DNA of 61,109 nucleotides, filler included, from Piptocephalis cylindrospora (lineage: Eukaryota), in NCBI GenBank assembly GCA_003614145.1. It is 7 parts of 7 records of this genome, joined end to end, with 100 filler letters (N's around TTAATTAATTAA, not from the genome) between each part and the next. Parts side by side here need not be neighbours in the genome. Positions count along the whole stretch, not along the records: positions 17,610 to 26,278 come from KZ988134.1; positions 26,379 to 35,017 come from KZ988135.1; 5 more parts are not named here. One strand, given 5' to 3'. Below, in pieces: positions 21,899-33,337 of this stretch. A program made the position numbers and the translations under genes. Within the stretch, counting starts at the first letter, position 1. Every line of letters begins with the position of its first letter. The notes under the pieces are model-generated. The model saw nothing but the letters and a program-made list of their open reading frames with translations. It had not been told where the DNA came from and ran no database searches.

Positions 21899-24223
21899 AT
21901 GAATCCATCATCCAAATCCACATTGACACCGCCATGGCGGCCATGATGGACCGCTTCATGCAAGTCATTAGCTAACAACAGCCTCAAGTCTTCCAAGGCC
22001 GCACCGCCCCCCGGCATCTCCGCCAAGTGACAACATGTCAGTCGCATCAGCGGAAGGACAGAGCACGCCCGCTCCAGGCTTGATTCGCCCTTTCCGCTCC
22101 TTCACCCCAACCCGCACAGATTTCGAGACTATCCTTGACAAACACCCGAGTCAAGAAAGAATGGAATACAAGCCGTATCTCTTGGAGGAGGAGATAAAGG
22201 CTCAACTCCCCAGGACGGAACGCAACCAGGTGATCACCACAGATGGCTTCTTCAAGGAGATGCGAAAGACCATCGCCCTGCGCACCTGTCCAGTCGACAA
22301 CATGGCAGTATACCTGGAGGGAAATTGAGAAGCTTTAGGGGAAGAAGGGTATGAAACCTTAATGGCTTTTCTCAAAGACATCCGGACAGGATTAGCCTAC
22401 CAGTATGAACAGGCCAAGGAGGTTCGCAGGAATGCAATCTCTAAGCCACTAGGGCCTCCAGCGCTGCGCGAAAACCCAGCCATGGGCCTGTACAGGGAAG
22501 GCCTGGACAGGATTGCGGCGGAGCAGCAGCGCATTCACCATCTTCACATCCGCTCCACGGGTCAAGAGCCTAGGTATGGGAATCGAGCGGCGTTCCAAAA
22601 GAGGAAAGGCAATAGTAGCTTTGCTCCTAAAGGAAAACGAAAAGGGGCAACTAAGAACTTTTCTCGCCCTAGCTTCAAATCGGGAAACGGGAAAGGCGGT
22701 CGGGAAAACTAGTGGTGTCCTTACTGCCATTGAACCCGCCAAAGGCCCCTAAATTCACCGCCCCTCACTTCCTCCATCGGCCTCAAAGTGGGGGGCGCAC
22801 TAGCCCACAGGCTAGAGGCCTGGTTAGCCCTATCGAAAAACCCGTGGGTAATGGAGATTATTCGCCAAGGCTTCACCATCCCATGGGACCTGGTTCCCAC
22901 CAAAAATATCGATCCCGGTTCGACGATTCCCCGAGGAAGCGACCAAGGCCATAGATCAGGAGGTCTCCGATCTCATGGGCAAGGGGGCCATAGAGAGGTG
23001 CAGCCATCCACCCCGGACCGTTACACAGCTGATAGTAGTGACCAAGAAGGACGGGGGCTATCGTCCGTGCCTCAATCTCCGTCCGGTCAACGTCCATATC
23101 GAGTTGCCCAAGTGCAAGTTCGAAACATTAGAAACAGCAAAGAGGATGATTAGTCAAGGGGATTACTTTTGCAGACATTCGAGATGCTTACCTCCACGTT
23201 CCCCTAGCCGAGGAATCACGGAACTTTTGCGCTTTCCAGCGGAACGGAATGACCTACCTTTTCTGCATTTTCCCTTTTGGCCTGTCGTGCGCCCCTTTGG
23301 TATTTACCAAGATGCTACGCCCGTTGGTCCAGAAGGCCGTAATGCGAGGAATACTACTGGTGGCCTACATGGACGACATTTTGATCATGGAATCATCAAA
23401 GAGAGTGGCAGAGACGCATACGCAGCAGGTGGTGACCATGTTGACCTCCCTGGGTTGGACAATTCACCCCCGCAAGAGCTGTTTTACACCCTCACAAACT
23501 GTGCTGTTTTTAGGCTTCGAGATCGACTCTACAATTCTTCAGCTGAAACTACCAGGGGTCAAGATCAGAGGTATTTGGAATTTATCAGAAAAGGCCTTGC
23601 GGAAAGGGGAAATTGCGCAGAAGACGCTACCATTGTTAGTGGGGAAGATGGTGGCAGCCTCTCCTTCAATGCCGTTATCTGATGACCGCCCGCACCAGGT
23701 GCAACAAGAACAGAGGGAAAAGGTTTGATGTGCATTCCAAAGTTTGAGGGAAGGGGGACGAGAAGGGTTCCTTATATATGAAAGGAGGAATTATGGTACA
23801 GGAGCCTAGAACTGGCTAGTTCTAGACCTGTCGGGGAATGAAAACTGTGTAGCAGTTTTTCACCAATTCATGAGATTTGTGTGGTAATTTTCACCATTAC
23901 ACCAGGGCAGCCGAGGGAAATTATCCTGTCCCATTTCCTCAGGACATGAGGTCAGAGCTCCAGCGGTGGGCGCAAACAATGGAGTCCTGGAATGGAAAGG
24001 CCCTCCTGACAACGACCCCTCAAGAGGCCCTGGAAACGAATGCGTCGGATGTGGGATGGGATGAATACTACCAGGTCCAGGTAGTCCAAGGCAAATGGTG
24101 CCAAGACGAGAAACGTCTCCACATCAACGCACAGGAGCTTCGGGCGGTGGCCAAGGCCATAGAGGCGCTACATTTGCAGGGCAAGCACTTTGCGCTCAAA
24201 TCGGATAACATTTCGACAATGAC
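21899..24223 (+). mobile_element. Degenerate DIRS-type retrotransposon (gag-like ORF, RT, RNase H)
   Basis: GGALAHRLEAW..NPWVMEIIRQGFTIPW, KKDGGYRPCLNLRPVN, FPFGLSCAPLVFTK, AYMDDILI, FLGFEIDS, TNASDVGW, HINAQELRAV, KSDNIST; multiple stops and frameshifts. Confidence 0.85.
23700..23901 (-). mobile_element. Solo LTR, family B (TG...CA), TSD CCAGG, inserted in the DIRS pol
   Basis: CCAGG at 23695-23699 and 23902-23906. Confidence 0.9.
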
Positions 24224-24234
24224 TGTAATGATGA

Positions 24235-24446
24235 TGTAACAAGGCAACAAGAACAGAGGGACAAGATTTGATGTCTATTCCAAAGTCTGAGGGAAAGGGG
24301 ACGAGAAGGGTTCCTTATATACTAAAGTTCAGCCTTATCGGATGGTAGTTCTAGACTAGCCAGTTCTAGACCTGTCGGGGAATGAAAACTTTGTGGCAAG
24401 CTTTCATAATTTCGTGAAAACTTTTGTAATGATTTTCATCATTACA
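24235..24446 (-). mobile_element. Solo LTR, family B
   Basis: TGTAACAAGGC...ATCATTACA, homologous to 23700-23901; no TSD. Confidence 0.82.
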
Positions 24447-24590
24447 GAAAGAGTTTATTAGTATCTGGAAAAAGTACTGAGAAATGCAGAAAAGGATTCC
24501 CACAAATTGAGTAGTGTGTGGTGTTGTAATTACTAGCAATTCCTCCATTTCATCGTCATATACCTTTGTCTACTTTTTAAGTTCCTTAAG

Positions 24591-24976
24591 TGTAAGGGGG
24601 GAAGAGAAACAAGGAGGGAAAAGCAGAAAAGTCAGGTAAAGGATGACGATATATTCTAGGGATGGGGAAACGAGCAAAAAGAGAGGGCTTATAGCTGTGG
24701 GGGAAAAAGGTCAGAGGGAGAGGGGGATAGGGGCTTGGCGGGGGATGAGTCAGGCTGAACTCATCTTGACTTGGCTTGGCGTTTGTGTAACCATGGGGAG
24801 GGTCATGGGGCCGGAGGATTGGATTTTGGGGGGCGAATGGGGGCCATGCCCAAAAGGGAGCTGGTGGGGGGAGGGTCGGAGTTGGGGAGGAGGATCCAGG
24901 GGGGCATGCCAAGAGGGGAGACCAGTAGAGCGCGAGGTAGGGGAGAAGAGGGGGTGGTGGGGGTAAACCCCTTACA
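24591..24976. mobile_element. Solo LTR-like element, family C
   Basis: Terminal IR TGTAAGGGG...CCCCTTACA; flanks TTAAG/GTAAG (4/5). Confidence 0.72.
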
Positions 24977-25090
24977 GTAAGCCTTACCCTGGCCAGTTGA
25001 CCCATGGGATTACTTTAATGATTCAGCTGGGCTTTAAGGATTGTTAGCAACAACCAAAGTGATGATGATGGTGAGGATTGACAGCGTTTC

Positions 25091-25369
25091 TGTAAGGGTA
25101 AAACTACACACACCCAAAAATTACCTCCTTTTGGGTACTTTTGGCCCTTTTCATCCTTTTTCCCCTTTTCTCTTTTTCCTCTTTCTCTTTTGTGCCACAC
25201 TGCCACTCAGGCGTGTGGCACTATAAAGGGCGACGGGAAACCCCCCAGCCCTCTTCTGGGGTTCCCCCCCCGCTTCTCTTTGGCCTCTCTCCGTCCAATA
25301 CACCCTTTCCATTCATCCATCCATTCATCCATCCCTCCATTATCCTCCTTCCCCAGAAACACCCTTACA
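25091..25369 (+). mobile_element. Solo LTR-like element, family D
   Basis: Terminal IR TGTAAGGGT...ACCCTTACA; flanks GTTTC/GTATC (4/5); internal CTATAAAGG. Confidence 0.72.
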
Positions 25370-25764
25370 GTATCCAAGTCCCAACTTTGACTCTGTTCAA
25401 GAACCCTGCGGGACTGCCCAGCATGTTTCTCTCGTCAGTCATCCTGGCAAAGGAGGGGTACAGTGTCCCAAGGCTGGGAACCAGATGGAAATATATGGCA
25501 ATTGAAGCTGTGCTGAGAGCGGGAAGCGGTGAGGCAAGCCTGAAAGAGGTAATTTTGGTTAGGTCCAGAATGAGCGAGGAGGCAATGAAGGTGCCATGCC
25601 CCCTCCTCTCAATACCTGACCAGGTGCGCGAGATGGTAACACGAGAAGGGCGGGATGGACAACGGTTGTAGCTAGCGGCAGTTGCAACCTGTATGGACAT
25701 CAGAGGAACAAAGGTAAGGAGATTAGGAGAAGAAAAAAAGAAAAAAAGCATTGACCTTGTTTCC

Positions 25765-25970
25765 TGTAACAAGGCAAGAACAGAGGGAAAATATTCGATG
25801 TGTATTCAAAAGCCTGAGGGAAGGGGGATGAGAGGGACTCCTTATATATAAAAAGGGGACTTATGGGACAAAAACTGGCGCTGGAGCTGTGCCAGTTTCT
25901 TTGTCGAAGTGCTAAAAAGTGTGTGATGAATATTACCAATTCATAAAAACTGTGGTAATTTTCACCATTA
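25765..25970 (-). mobile_element. Solo LTR, family B, degenerate end
   Basis: TGTAACAAGGCAAGAACAGAGGG...GGTAATTTTCACCATTA, homologous to 23700-23901. Confidence 0.78.
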
Positions 25971-26278
25971 ACCTTCGCCCCCCACCATAAGGTCAGTAAA
26001 TTGGACATTCGGCCAATAACTTACGAAAGTGGCCAAGGTATGCCGAGACGGTGCTTGTAGAATGTCCAGTGTACTGGACAATCCCCGGCTGAACTTTAGT
26101 ATAGGGGACACCTTTTTGAATGTGTGCTGCTCACTCTATTAAAGGCGCAGCGCAATGATTCTTTGTGCGTTCTGTAGCCTGCCTTCTTCTTTCTCTTTCC
26201 CAATGTTTCCTACCGCTTCTTCCCTTTCCAACCTTTTTTCCTCTGAGGAAGTGTGCATCCTCTTCCTTCTTGAGCATG

Positions 26279-26378
26279 NNNNNNNNNNNNNNNNNNNNNN
26301 NNNNNNNNNNNNNNNNNNNNNNTTAATTAATTAANNNNNNNNNNNNNNNNNNNNNNNNNNNNNNNNNNNNNNNNNNNN
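26279..26378. other. Artificial contig linker
   Basis: N44-TTAATTAATTAA-N44. Confidence 0.98.
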
Positions 26379-27199
26379 AAGTTGAGACGGAGCCACACCA
26401 GGCCTGGAGTTTGAAGCACACCTTCACCGTCGTCATTACCGTGACGACCATTGCCCTATGGTGTATTGCCGGACTACTCGAGCCGATCGTGGGGGATATG
26501 GGCATGATTGCCCTTCTTCCCCTCATTGCCTTTTTTGGTTCAGGGATCCTAGGCAAGGAGGATCTGCATCGTCTTCCTTGGCCCGTGGTCGTCCTGGCTA
26601 TGGGGGGCATGGCCCTAGGCAAGGCAGTCAGTTCTTCTGGCTTACTCTCCACAGTGGCTCAAGGCATTAGTGGGGCCATTGGAGGCGTCTCTTTGTGGAG
26701 TCTGGTTTGGTTGTTTTCGGTCATCATCGGGGTCATTGCCACCTTTGTCTCTCACACCGTAACCGCCATGGTACTTTTGCCGGTTGTGGCCGAGGTCGGG
26801 GCCAATCTATCTGAGCCTCATCCCAAGCTCCTTATCATGGTATGTGTCCTGGGAAAGATGGGCAAGAGAGGGAAAAAGAGGCAAAGCGAACTATTCCTAA
26901 TCGCTCACTCTCCTATCGTGGCTTGCATTGTAGACAACCATGTTTATCTGCTCCGTTGCCATGGGTCTTCCCGTCTCGGGCTTCCCCAACATGACTGCGG
27001 TAAGCCTTTTCATCAGAAAATACAATCAAGTGTATCCTCACCCCCATCCTTTAATCTTTAGGTCATGACCGAGGATGAGCATGGAAGGACATACTTACGA
27101 ACCACGGACTTTCTCAAGGTTGGGATTCCCACCTCCATCCTATGTATCATTGGGGTCTGCACTGTCGGCCATGTTATTTGTGTTTGGCTGGGTTTTTGA
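26379..27199 (+). CDS. Low-affinity phosphate transporter, Pho87/90/91 (SLC13) family, C-terminal part
   Basis: GDMGMIALLP..FFGSGILGKED, LPWPVVVLAMGGMALGKAVSSSGLL, ATFVSHTV, spliced CSVAMGLPVSGFPN; 2 introns. Confidence 0.9.
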
Positions 27200-27622
27200 T
27201 ACGATAGAGAAAGATTTCTTTTTCCCGCTTTACTCCAACGCGCCTGAGATCGGGCTCTACCTTGGTCAATGCATTGAAGAAGGCCTAAATGAAGTGGCTT
27301 TAGTGATTTTGACATTTTAGATATCAGGTAAATCATTATGTCATTAGAAGGTCCCTTGCCCAATTGCGCCGCATGATCCTATACGTTAATTTGATGATCA
27401 GCTTTTGAAGTACAAGTGCAACGTAAACATCATCTTATTAAATGGGCCGCTACACTTGACATTGGCTATAAACTTTTTTCCATCTGTATCGCGACCTGTC
27501 ATTCCAGCCTTGAAAACTGAGTTTTTAGACCGTCTTCATACGTTCCTCCATAATGATTCTGGGGGTCTCCTGTTCCCCGCAGCGGCTTCCTTACTTATCC
27601 TACGCTTGAGTCCTATTCCCAA

Positions 27623-28342
27623 ATGTCCCTTCGTCTCCTTCAACGTTCTTCTTGGTCCCCTCACCTTCGTACCCTAGCCAGGACCTATACCTCAAGTTCT
27701 CGGATATCTCCCAGCAGAGCCACTCGCCCCGCCCCGTCCAACCCATTTGCCGCAGCAACAGGTGGGACACTTGCCGGGAAATCCTCTAGCTCGAATGTGC
27801 CCTTGATCGAAGACGATGCCCGTGACTGGAGCCGTAGCTTCCACGGGTTGAGCACGGAGCCTTTCTCGGAAGAAGTGGCCTCCAAACTCCTTGCCCCCAT
27901 TAACCCCAAGGATATTGAGGTGAAGCCTGATGGGCTCATCTACCTCCCAGAGATCAAATATCGTCGTATCCTTAACTCGGCTTTTGGGCCGGGGGGCTGG
28001 GGTCTGGCCCCGAGATCGGAGCATTCGGTATCATCCAAGACGGTGTCGAGGGAGTATGCGCTGGTAGCCCTCGGTCGCTTTGTGTCGCAAGCGCGTGGTG
28101 AGCAGGATTACTTTGATCCTGATGGCCTGGCCACTGCATCCGAAGGCTGTAAGAGCAATGCACTCATGCGGTGTTGCAAAGATTTGGGCATTGCCTCAGA
28201 GCTCTGGGATCCCTCTTTCATCCGGTCGTTCAAGGCGGAGCATGCTGCTCAGGTCATGACTGAGCACTTTACCACCCAGAAGCGTCGGATGCTCTGGAGA
28301 CGCAAGGATGGCCGCCTAGAATACCCTTACAAAGAACTTTAA
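27623..28342 (+). CDS. MGM101: Mitochondrial genome maintenance protein Mgm101
   Basis: R/S-rich presequence; [65 protein letters not shown]. Confidence 0.96.
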   Translation: MSLRLLQRSSWSPHLRTLARTYTSSSRISPSRATRPAPSNPFAAATGGTLAGKSSSSNVPLIEDDARDWSRSFHGLSTEPFSEEVASKLLAPINPKDIEVKPDGLIYLPEIKYRRILNSAFGPGGWGLAPRSEHSVSSKTVSREYALVALGRFVSQARGEQDYFDPDGLATASEGCKSNALMRCCKDLGIASELWDPSFIRSFKAEHAAQVMTEHFTTQKRRMLWRRKDGRLEYPYKEL

Positions 28343-28561
28343 AGGTGTATGTGCATGTGGATTGATAAATGGTAGAAGCAGTCTTTCTGCGCGAGTATGG
28401 GTGTTGCTTTTGAGTGGGTAAAGGGCGTGAATTATTCTGATGGTAACAGTGAAAGGGATAAAGAGAGAGAAACAGGGGGAGGGGATATCCATCGGAATGC
28501 ATAGTCATTGCACCATGATTATTCTTGCGTAGTGAGCGCCGTCCCAGATATGAATTACTCC

Positions 28562-29652
28562 TTAAGAGAACATATTGGCGTACATTTTGCGCTCATTCTT
28601 CCGATACTCAGCCTCTTTGGTCTGAACTCGGACGCGAAGTTGCTTGAGATCATCATTCTCTGGATCCAGCTAAAAGGAAAAAGAGAGGGGTGGGCAGATG
28701 AGATTTACTCGTGTATAGCGCACGAACTAGAGGATGACATACCTTCAGAGCAGCTTCAGCCGCCTCCAGAGCCTTGGCATACTCGGCCTGGCCTAGATAA
28801 GCATGGGCAAGACGAAACTGGGCCTTGATGTTACCGGGATCCTGGAGAAGGGCCTTCTGACAGGTGCGGGCAGCCTCGGAGAAATCAGTCAGCTTAAGTT
28901 GGCATTGAGCCTTGTTACCAAGTATGGCTAGCTCAAGGGTCTTTTCAGTGTCTTGCGGCTCACTGATCTGACTAAGAAGTTCCAGACCCTTGCTATACGC
29001 GGTGATGGCAGCATCCCACTGACCCTGACCAAACAGGGCATTGCCCTCGGCCTTCTTCTTACCCGCTACCCGGATCCTGGCCTCATCAGTATCGGTGGGC
29101 TCGGTGAAGCCAAGAAGCTCGACTTCGAACTTGAGAGTAGCCCCACCAGGGATTTTCGGGGGAGCCCCATTATCTCCGTAGGCTATGGAGGGAGGATAAG
29201 GTCAGCTAGAATGAGATGAGATGGGATGGGGAGAGGACATTAATCTTGACACGACTTACCATATTCGGAGGAGCAGAGCAACTCAGCGAGCTCTCCAACC
29301 TTCATAGATTTGACCCCCTCATCCCACCCCTTGATGACTTGACCTATGGATTTATGGAGGATGTGGGGAGGTGTAAGTGTGGGTCGAGGGAAGGAGCGGT
29401 GCAGAAACACCACATCCTGGCTAGTCCCGGCCAGCTCTAAAAGGCCCACTTACCAACACCTAGGGAAAAGGTGAAATGTCCGGGACGGTCCCTGCTCGAG
29501 TCAAATTTATCTCCCGAGGGATATAGCGTACCAACGTAGTGGACGTCCACGGACGACCCGACTGGTGGGCACTCTCCGGAGCCTTCCTTGAGGATATGCT
29601 TCTTGAGCCCTGCATCTTCAGTCAATGCGACGAATTGGTCTTCCTGCGACAT
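28562..29652 (-). CDS. FKBP-type PPIase with TPR domain (FKBP4/5-like), 3 introns
   Basis: VDVHYVGTL..FDSSRDR, GQVIKGWDEGV, spliced GSPPKIPGGATLKFEVELL, TPR exons, ends MYANMFS. Confidence 0.88.
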
Positions 29653-30096
29653 GGTGCTACTTGTTTGGTGGAGTAGAGCGGCTGGGATGGGAAAGTAGAA
29701 AGGGGATGTTGGACTCGGTTGGGTTTTCATCCTTGGAGTTCTTTCCTGGTCGCCCTTTATACTCGCCTCTTGGAGGATGACACGCACGCGTACTCTCGCA
29801 CATAGATGGGTGGTGTCATGGTGAATGCTGTGTTTAAAAGGGGTCAAAGTCCAGTAAATTCGAGAGAGTTCCACACGCTTTCCACTCATTGATACCAAGG
29901 GAAAGTAGTTCCCGTCACGACGCGTCTTGCCCTTCATACACACTCAACGGTATCCGAGGATAAGCCCAGGCTTACTCCAGAGCTTCATGAGAGACATGAA
30001 ACGTTTTTAGAGCGCAGATCAAGCAGATTAGGTCTCTTCGCTATCTTTCATTATCATTACTACAGTCAGGAAACAACCAACATAACTGCCTTTCCA

Positions 30097-31570
30097 ATGT
30101 CTGAGACCGTGTATGCCTGTGGATTTAATGGCTTTCAACAGCTATTGCCCGAGGGACCACCCGTCCTTGAAAGACTCTCCAGGCTTCCTGGTGTCGATCG
30201 GATTCTGGACTCAACGTGGTCTGGGCTAGAGTATGCAAATTCAGGTAAGCCTAGATGAAGGGGCACTGGTCTGACCCACCGTCTCACTGACCCACCCCTC
30301 TTGTCTCGTCGGTCTAGATATGTGTCAGCATCGTGGATACTCTTCAAGTGCACGCACACACCGATATATCTGGAAAACGGACGAAATACGCATGACCTAT
30401 GCTTCGGGAAGGGGAGTTCACCTTATGGATGGATCCGTATGGGAGGTGAGAGGAGAACGATGGACTCAAATCGCTGGTGAGGTGAGCCAACTGGTCCCGT
30501 CCGAGTCCGAGACTGATCTGATCATCGTTGCCCTTGGAGGTAAGAGACACTAAATCTTTCAATGACCATCCATTCTTACCGCCACCATCATCGTGGAAGG
30601 GGATGGGATAATCCTATCATGGATCTTTGAAACGAGCATGCCAACGCTCCTTCCTGTACACGGACCTAGAGGTTCAATAGTCTTTTCAAAGGTCTATGCT
30701 GGTCATTCCCACTTTCTTGCTCTTACATTGGATGGGGAGGTATATGCGTGGGGAGATACACGGTAAGGCCGAGGGGTTCCCTCCGGCTCACGTGCCACGA
30801 CAGACTTATCATCGTCCTATTGTCCTGTAGATTTGGCCAACTCGGCCTGGACCGACCGATTGGTACTGAGGCCATTACTCACCCCGAGGTAATCACTGCT
30901 CTTCAGGGGCTGCGGATGTTGGATATTGCCTGTGGATCCTTTCATTCAGTTGTCCTTGCTGGTAAGCCGGTATCCTCATTTGATCTTTCCCTTTTTTCCC
31001 GCCTTTCATTTCTCATACTAGTCCTCTCTCTACATTACCACAGAGACTGGAGATATCTATACATTTGGATGGAACAAGCACGGTCAGTTGGGTTTAGGTG
31101 ATACCCAGGATCCAGAGGTAGATCTGGGCGGCCCACAGTTGGTGAATTTCCCCGCTGGTGGCGAGGTCAATGTTCAATCCATTGCCTGCGGGACTCATCA
31201 CACTGTTGTTCTAGATGGTAAGATGACCATGACGGAGGAAGCATGGATGTAAGATAGCTGAACATACCTTCCTAATTAACAATAATATTGTCGTCTAGAT
31301 GCGCACCGTGTGTGGGCCACTGGGTGGGGTAAGGGTGGTTCTTTCCCGGGTGGGATGATGAATTAAAAACTCTGAGAAGAGTGCATGAGCCATCCCACTG
31401 ATTCCTCCCCCCTTATTGCAGGTAAATGGGGCCAGTGTGGGGAGAAGAGAAGTCAAAGTACCTTTCATCCCCTACTACTCCCATCCACAGCATCTGCAGG
31501 AGCCCTACACATCCGCTGTGGTCCTTGGTGCACATTTGTCCGCGTATCGGATAAACAAAAGGGAGAATGA
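30097..31570 (+). CDS. RCC1-repeat protein, multi-exon
   Basis: VYACGFNGFQQL, VYAGHSHFLAL..GEVYAWG, FGQLG, IACGSFHSVVL, IYTFGWNKHGQLG, IACGTHHTVV, CGPWCTFV. Confidence 0.85.
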
Positions 31571-31684
31571 ATTGTAAAAAAAAGTATATGCTCAAGCACC
31601 TGCACATGGCGCGCTCTGATGAGAAAAGGAGGAGGAGGAGGTAACTGGCTACCTACTCACACCATGAGATATCTAGGATCAATC

Positions 31685-33337
31685 CTAGTTAAGAAGGTTC
31701 ATCACCTTTATTCTGTCCGTGTTATCAGAATGGCGCCTGTGAGGAGAGTGGAAAGGGCGGCGATGAAGGTTAGGATGAGGATCAGAATGAGAATTGGAAT
31801 GAGGGATGGGGTGAGAGTTGGAAGGATGAATGGAGTCAGAGCCGAAGTAAGGACGGGGGCGGGGGGAGGAGGAGGAGGAGGAAGGATAGAAAGAATCAGA
31901 GGTGGGGCTGGAAACAAGTTCACCATTCAAGATCCGAGTGCGGGAAGTGCTTAGTGAAAGAGGAGCGAATGATTTGACTATTTCATCCTCGTCACTGGAA
32001 TCGGCTCCCATTATGGATCTCCCTCCGGGACCAGTCAAAGTATTGATCTTTTGGACTTTGAAACTTTTTTTATTCCGCTGCTCGATCCGAGACCTGCGGG
32101 TTGCTCCCGAGGAGGAGGAGGAAGCGGAAGGAGGGGAAGAGAGAGGGTCTTGAGATATGAAGGAGGCCTTTAGATGACCCAAGTCGGGAAATTTATCGCT
32201 GAGGACATCCTCCCGTAATTTTTTCTCAAAAATCCTGAACTGGGTGCTTATCGTGGCAATATGGTGCTTGACCCCCCCGACTACCTTCTTGAGGAATTCC
32301 TTAGTTTTGTCAGCCTGTGCATTGCGATCCTCCTCGGGAAGGAAGTCGAGGTACGATTTGGCTTGATTAGCCAGGCTTTTTTCCCGCTTTTCGCCGGAGG
32401 CTACCGAGGTGCTGCCCTCGAAATCAATTTTCGTACCGCCGCCGTATTCCCTAACGGTTTGCAAGGCGTCGAGGAACCTCTTACGATCAAGTCCACCAGT
32501 AATGAACGCATCACCCTCGCGACCTCGTCTCCTGAGACTATCAATCATATTATCCACAAGTTGGTTTGAAGAGATCTGGATTTTCTCTATAGCCTCCTTT
32601 TCGATGCCCCAGGAAATTTTGGTGATTTTAGCCGTGCGAACAGCCAAGATGATGCCGACGGCAGAATATCTGAGCGCGTTCGTCCACATTGGGGCGTAGT
32701 TTCCGGGAGTGAGCCGATGGTGGTTGAAGCGGGTGTGAGAAGGAAGAGCGAATGAGCCGTCATGAGTCAGATCGAACAATAAACGATAGCTATTCTTGGA
32801 AGACTTGAAAGTATTGAGGGGAAGCCTTATCTTATCCCATCCGTGTGGGCTTGGGTGTTGAATATACGAAAATACATCCTTGGCTAGGATGACCAGGCTT
32901 TTCAGATTTTCACTTTCCAATATGTCCACGTTAAGATGAATGAGGTAAAATGAGCGAAAAGCAGGAAGGGCGGCTTGGAAAGTGTCGATGCACTTATGGA
33001 ACTGACGTTTGTTGTAAAATTGGTCGGGGATGTGAACGCTCAAAGCGTACACTTCATCAAGATTCATTAGCATCCACTTCATCGCCCGCCAGGTCATCTT
33101 AAGGTTCCGTGGCTCACCCAGCTGGTGCGGGGAGGTATCGACGAGCCCACAGAATCTTGACAGTTTTTTTCCTGTTTCTTTAATGATGCCTTCGGGGAGC
33201 CCATCTGTTAGAAGATAATTCGTGGAGACATCATGGATAGGTATAGTAGCTAGGTTTTTTCCAGGGAAGGAGGGTCGAGCATTGACCTGGAGAACCAGGA
33301 GCCCCAGAGAGGCTACGAGAAAGGATTTGAGGTTCAT
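31685..33337 (-). CDS. Secreted hypothetical protein, 550 aa
   Basis: Intronless ORF; signal-peptide-like MNLKSFLVASLGLLVLQVNA; S/P/H-rich tail; no family recognised. Confidence 0.7.
   Translation of the reverse strand: MNLKSFLVASLGLLVLQVNARPSFPGKNLATIPIHDVSTNYLLTDGLPEGIIKETGKKLSRFCGLVDTSPHQLGEPRNLKMTWRAMKWMLMNLDEVYALSVHIPDQFYNKRQFHKCIDTFQAALPAFRSFYLIHLNVDILESENLKSLVILAKDVFSYIQHPSPHGWDKIRLPLNTFKSSKNSYRLLFDLTHDGSFALPSHTRFNHHRLTPGNYAPMWTNALRYSAVGIILAVRTAKITKISWGIEKEAIEKIQISSNQLVDNMIDSLRRRGREGDAFITGGLDRKRFLDALQTVREYGGGTKIDFEGSTSVASGEKREKSLANQAKSYLDFLPEEDRNAQADKTKEFLKKVVGGVKHHIATISTQFRIFEKKLREDVLSDKFPDLGHLKASFISQDPLSSPPSASSSSSGATRRSRIEQRNKKSFKVQKINTLTGPGGRSIMGADSSDEDEIVKSFAPLSLSTSRTRILNGELVSSPTSDSFYPSSSSSSPRPRPYFGSDSIHPSNSHPIPHSNSHSDPHPNLHRRPFHSPHRRHSDNTDRIKVMNLLN

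Noticed and set aside
25380..25700. ORFs between solo LTRs
   Set aside because: They partly read through LTR sequence and show no recognisable domain
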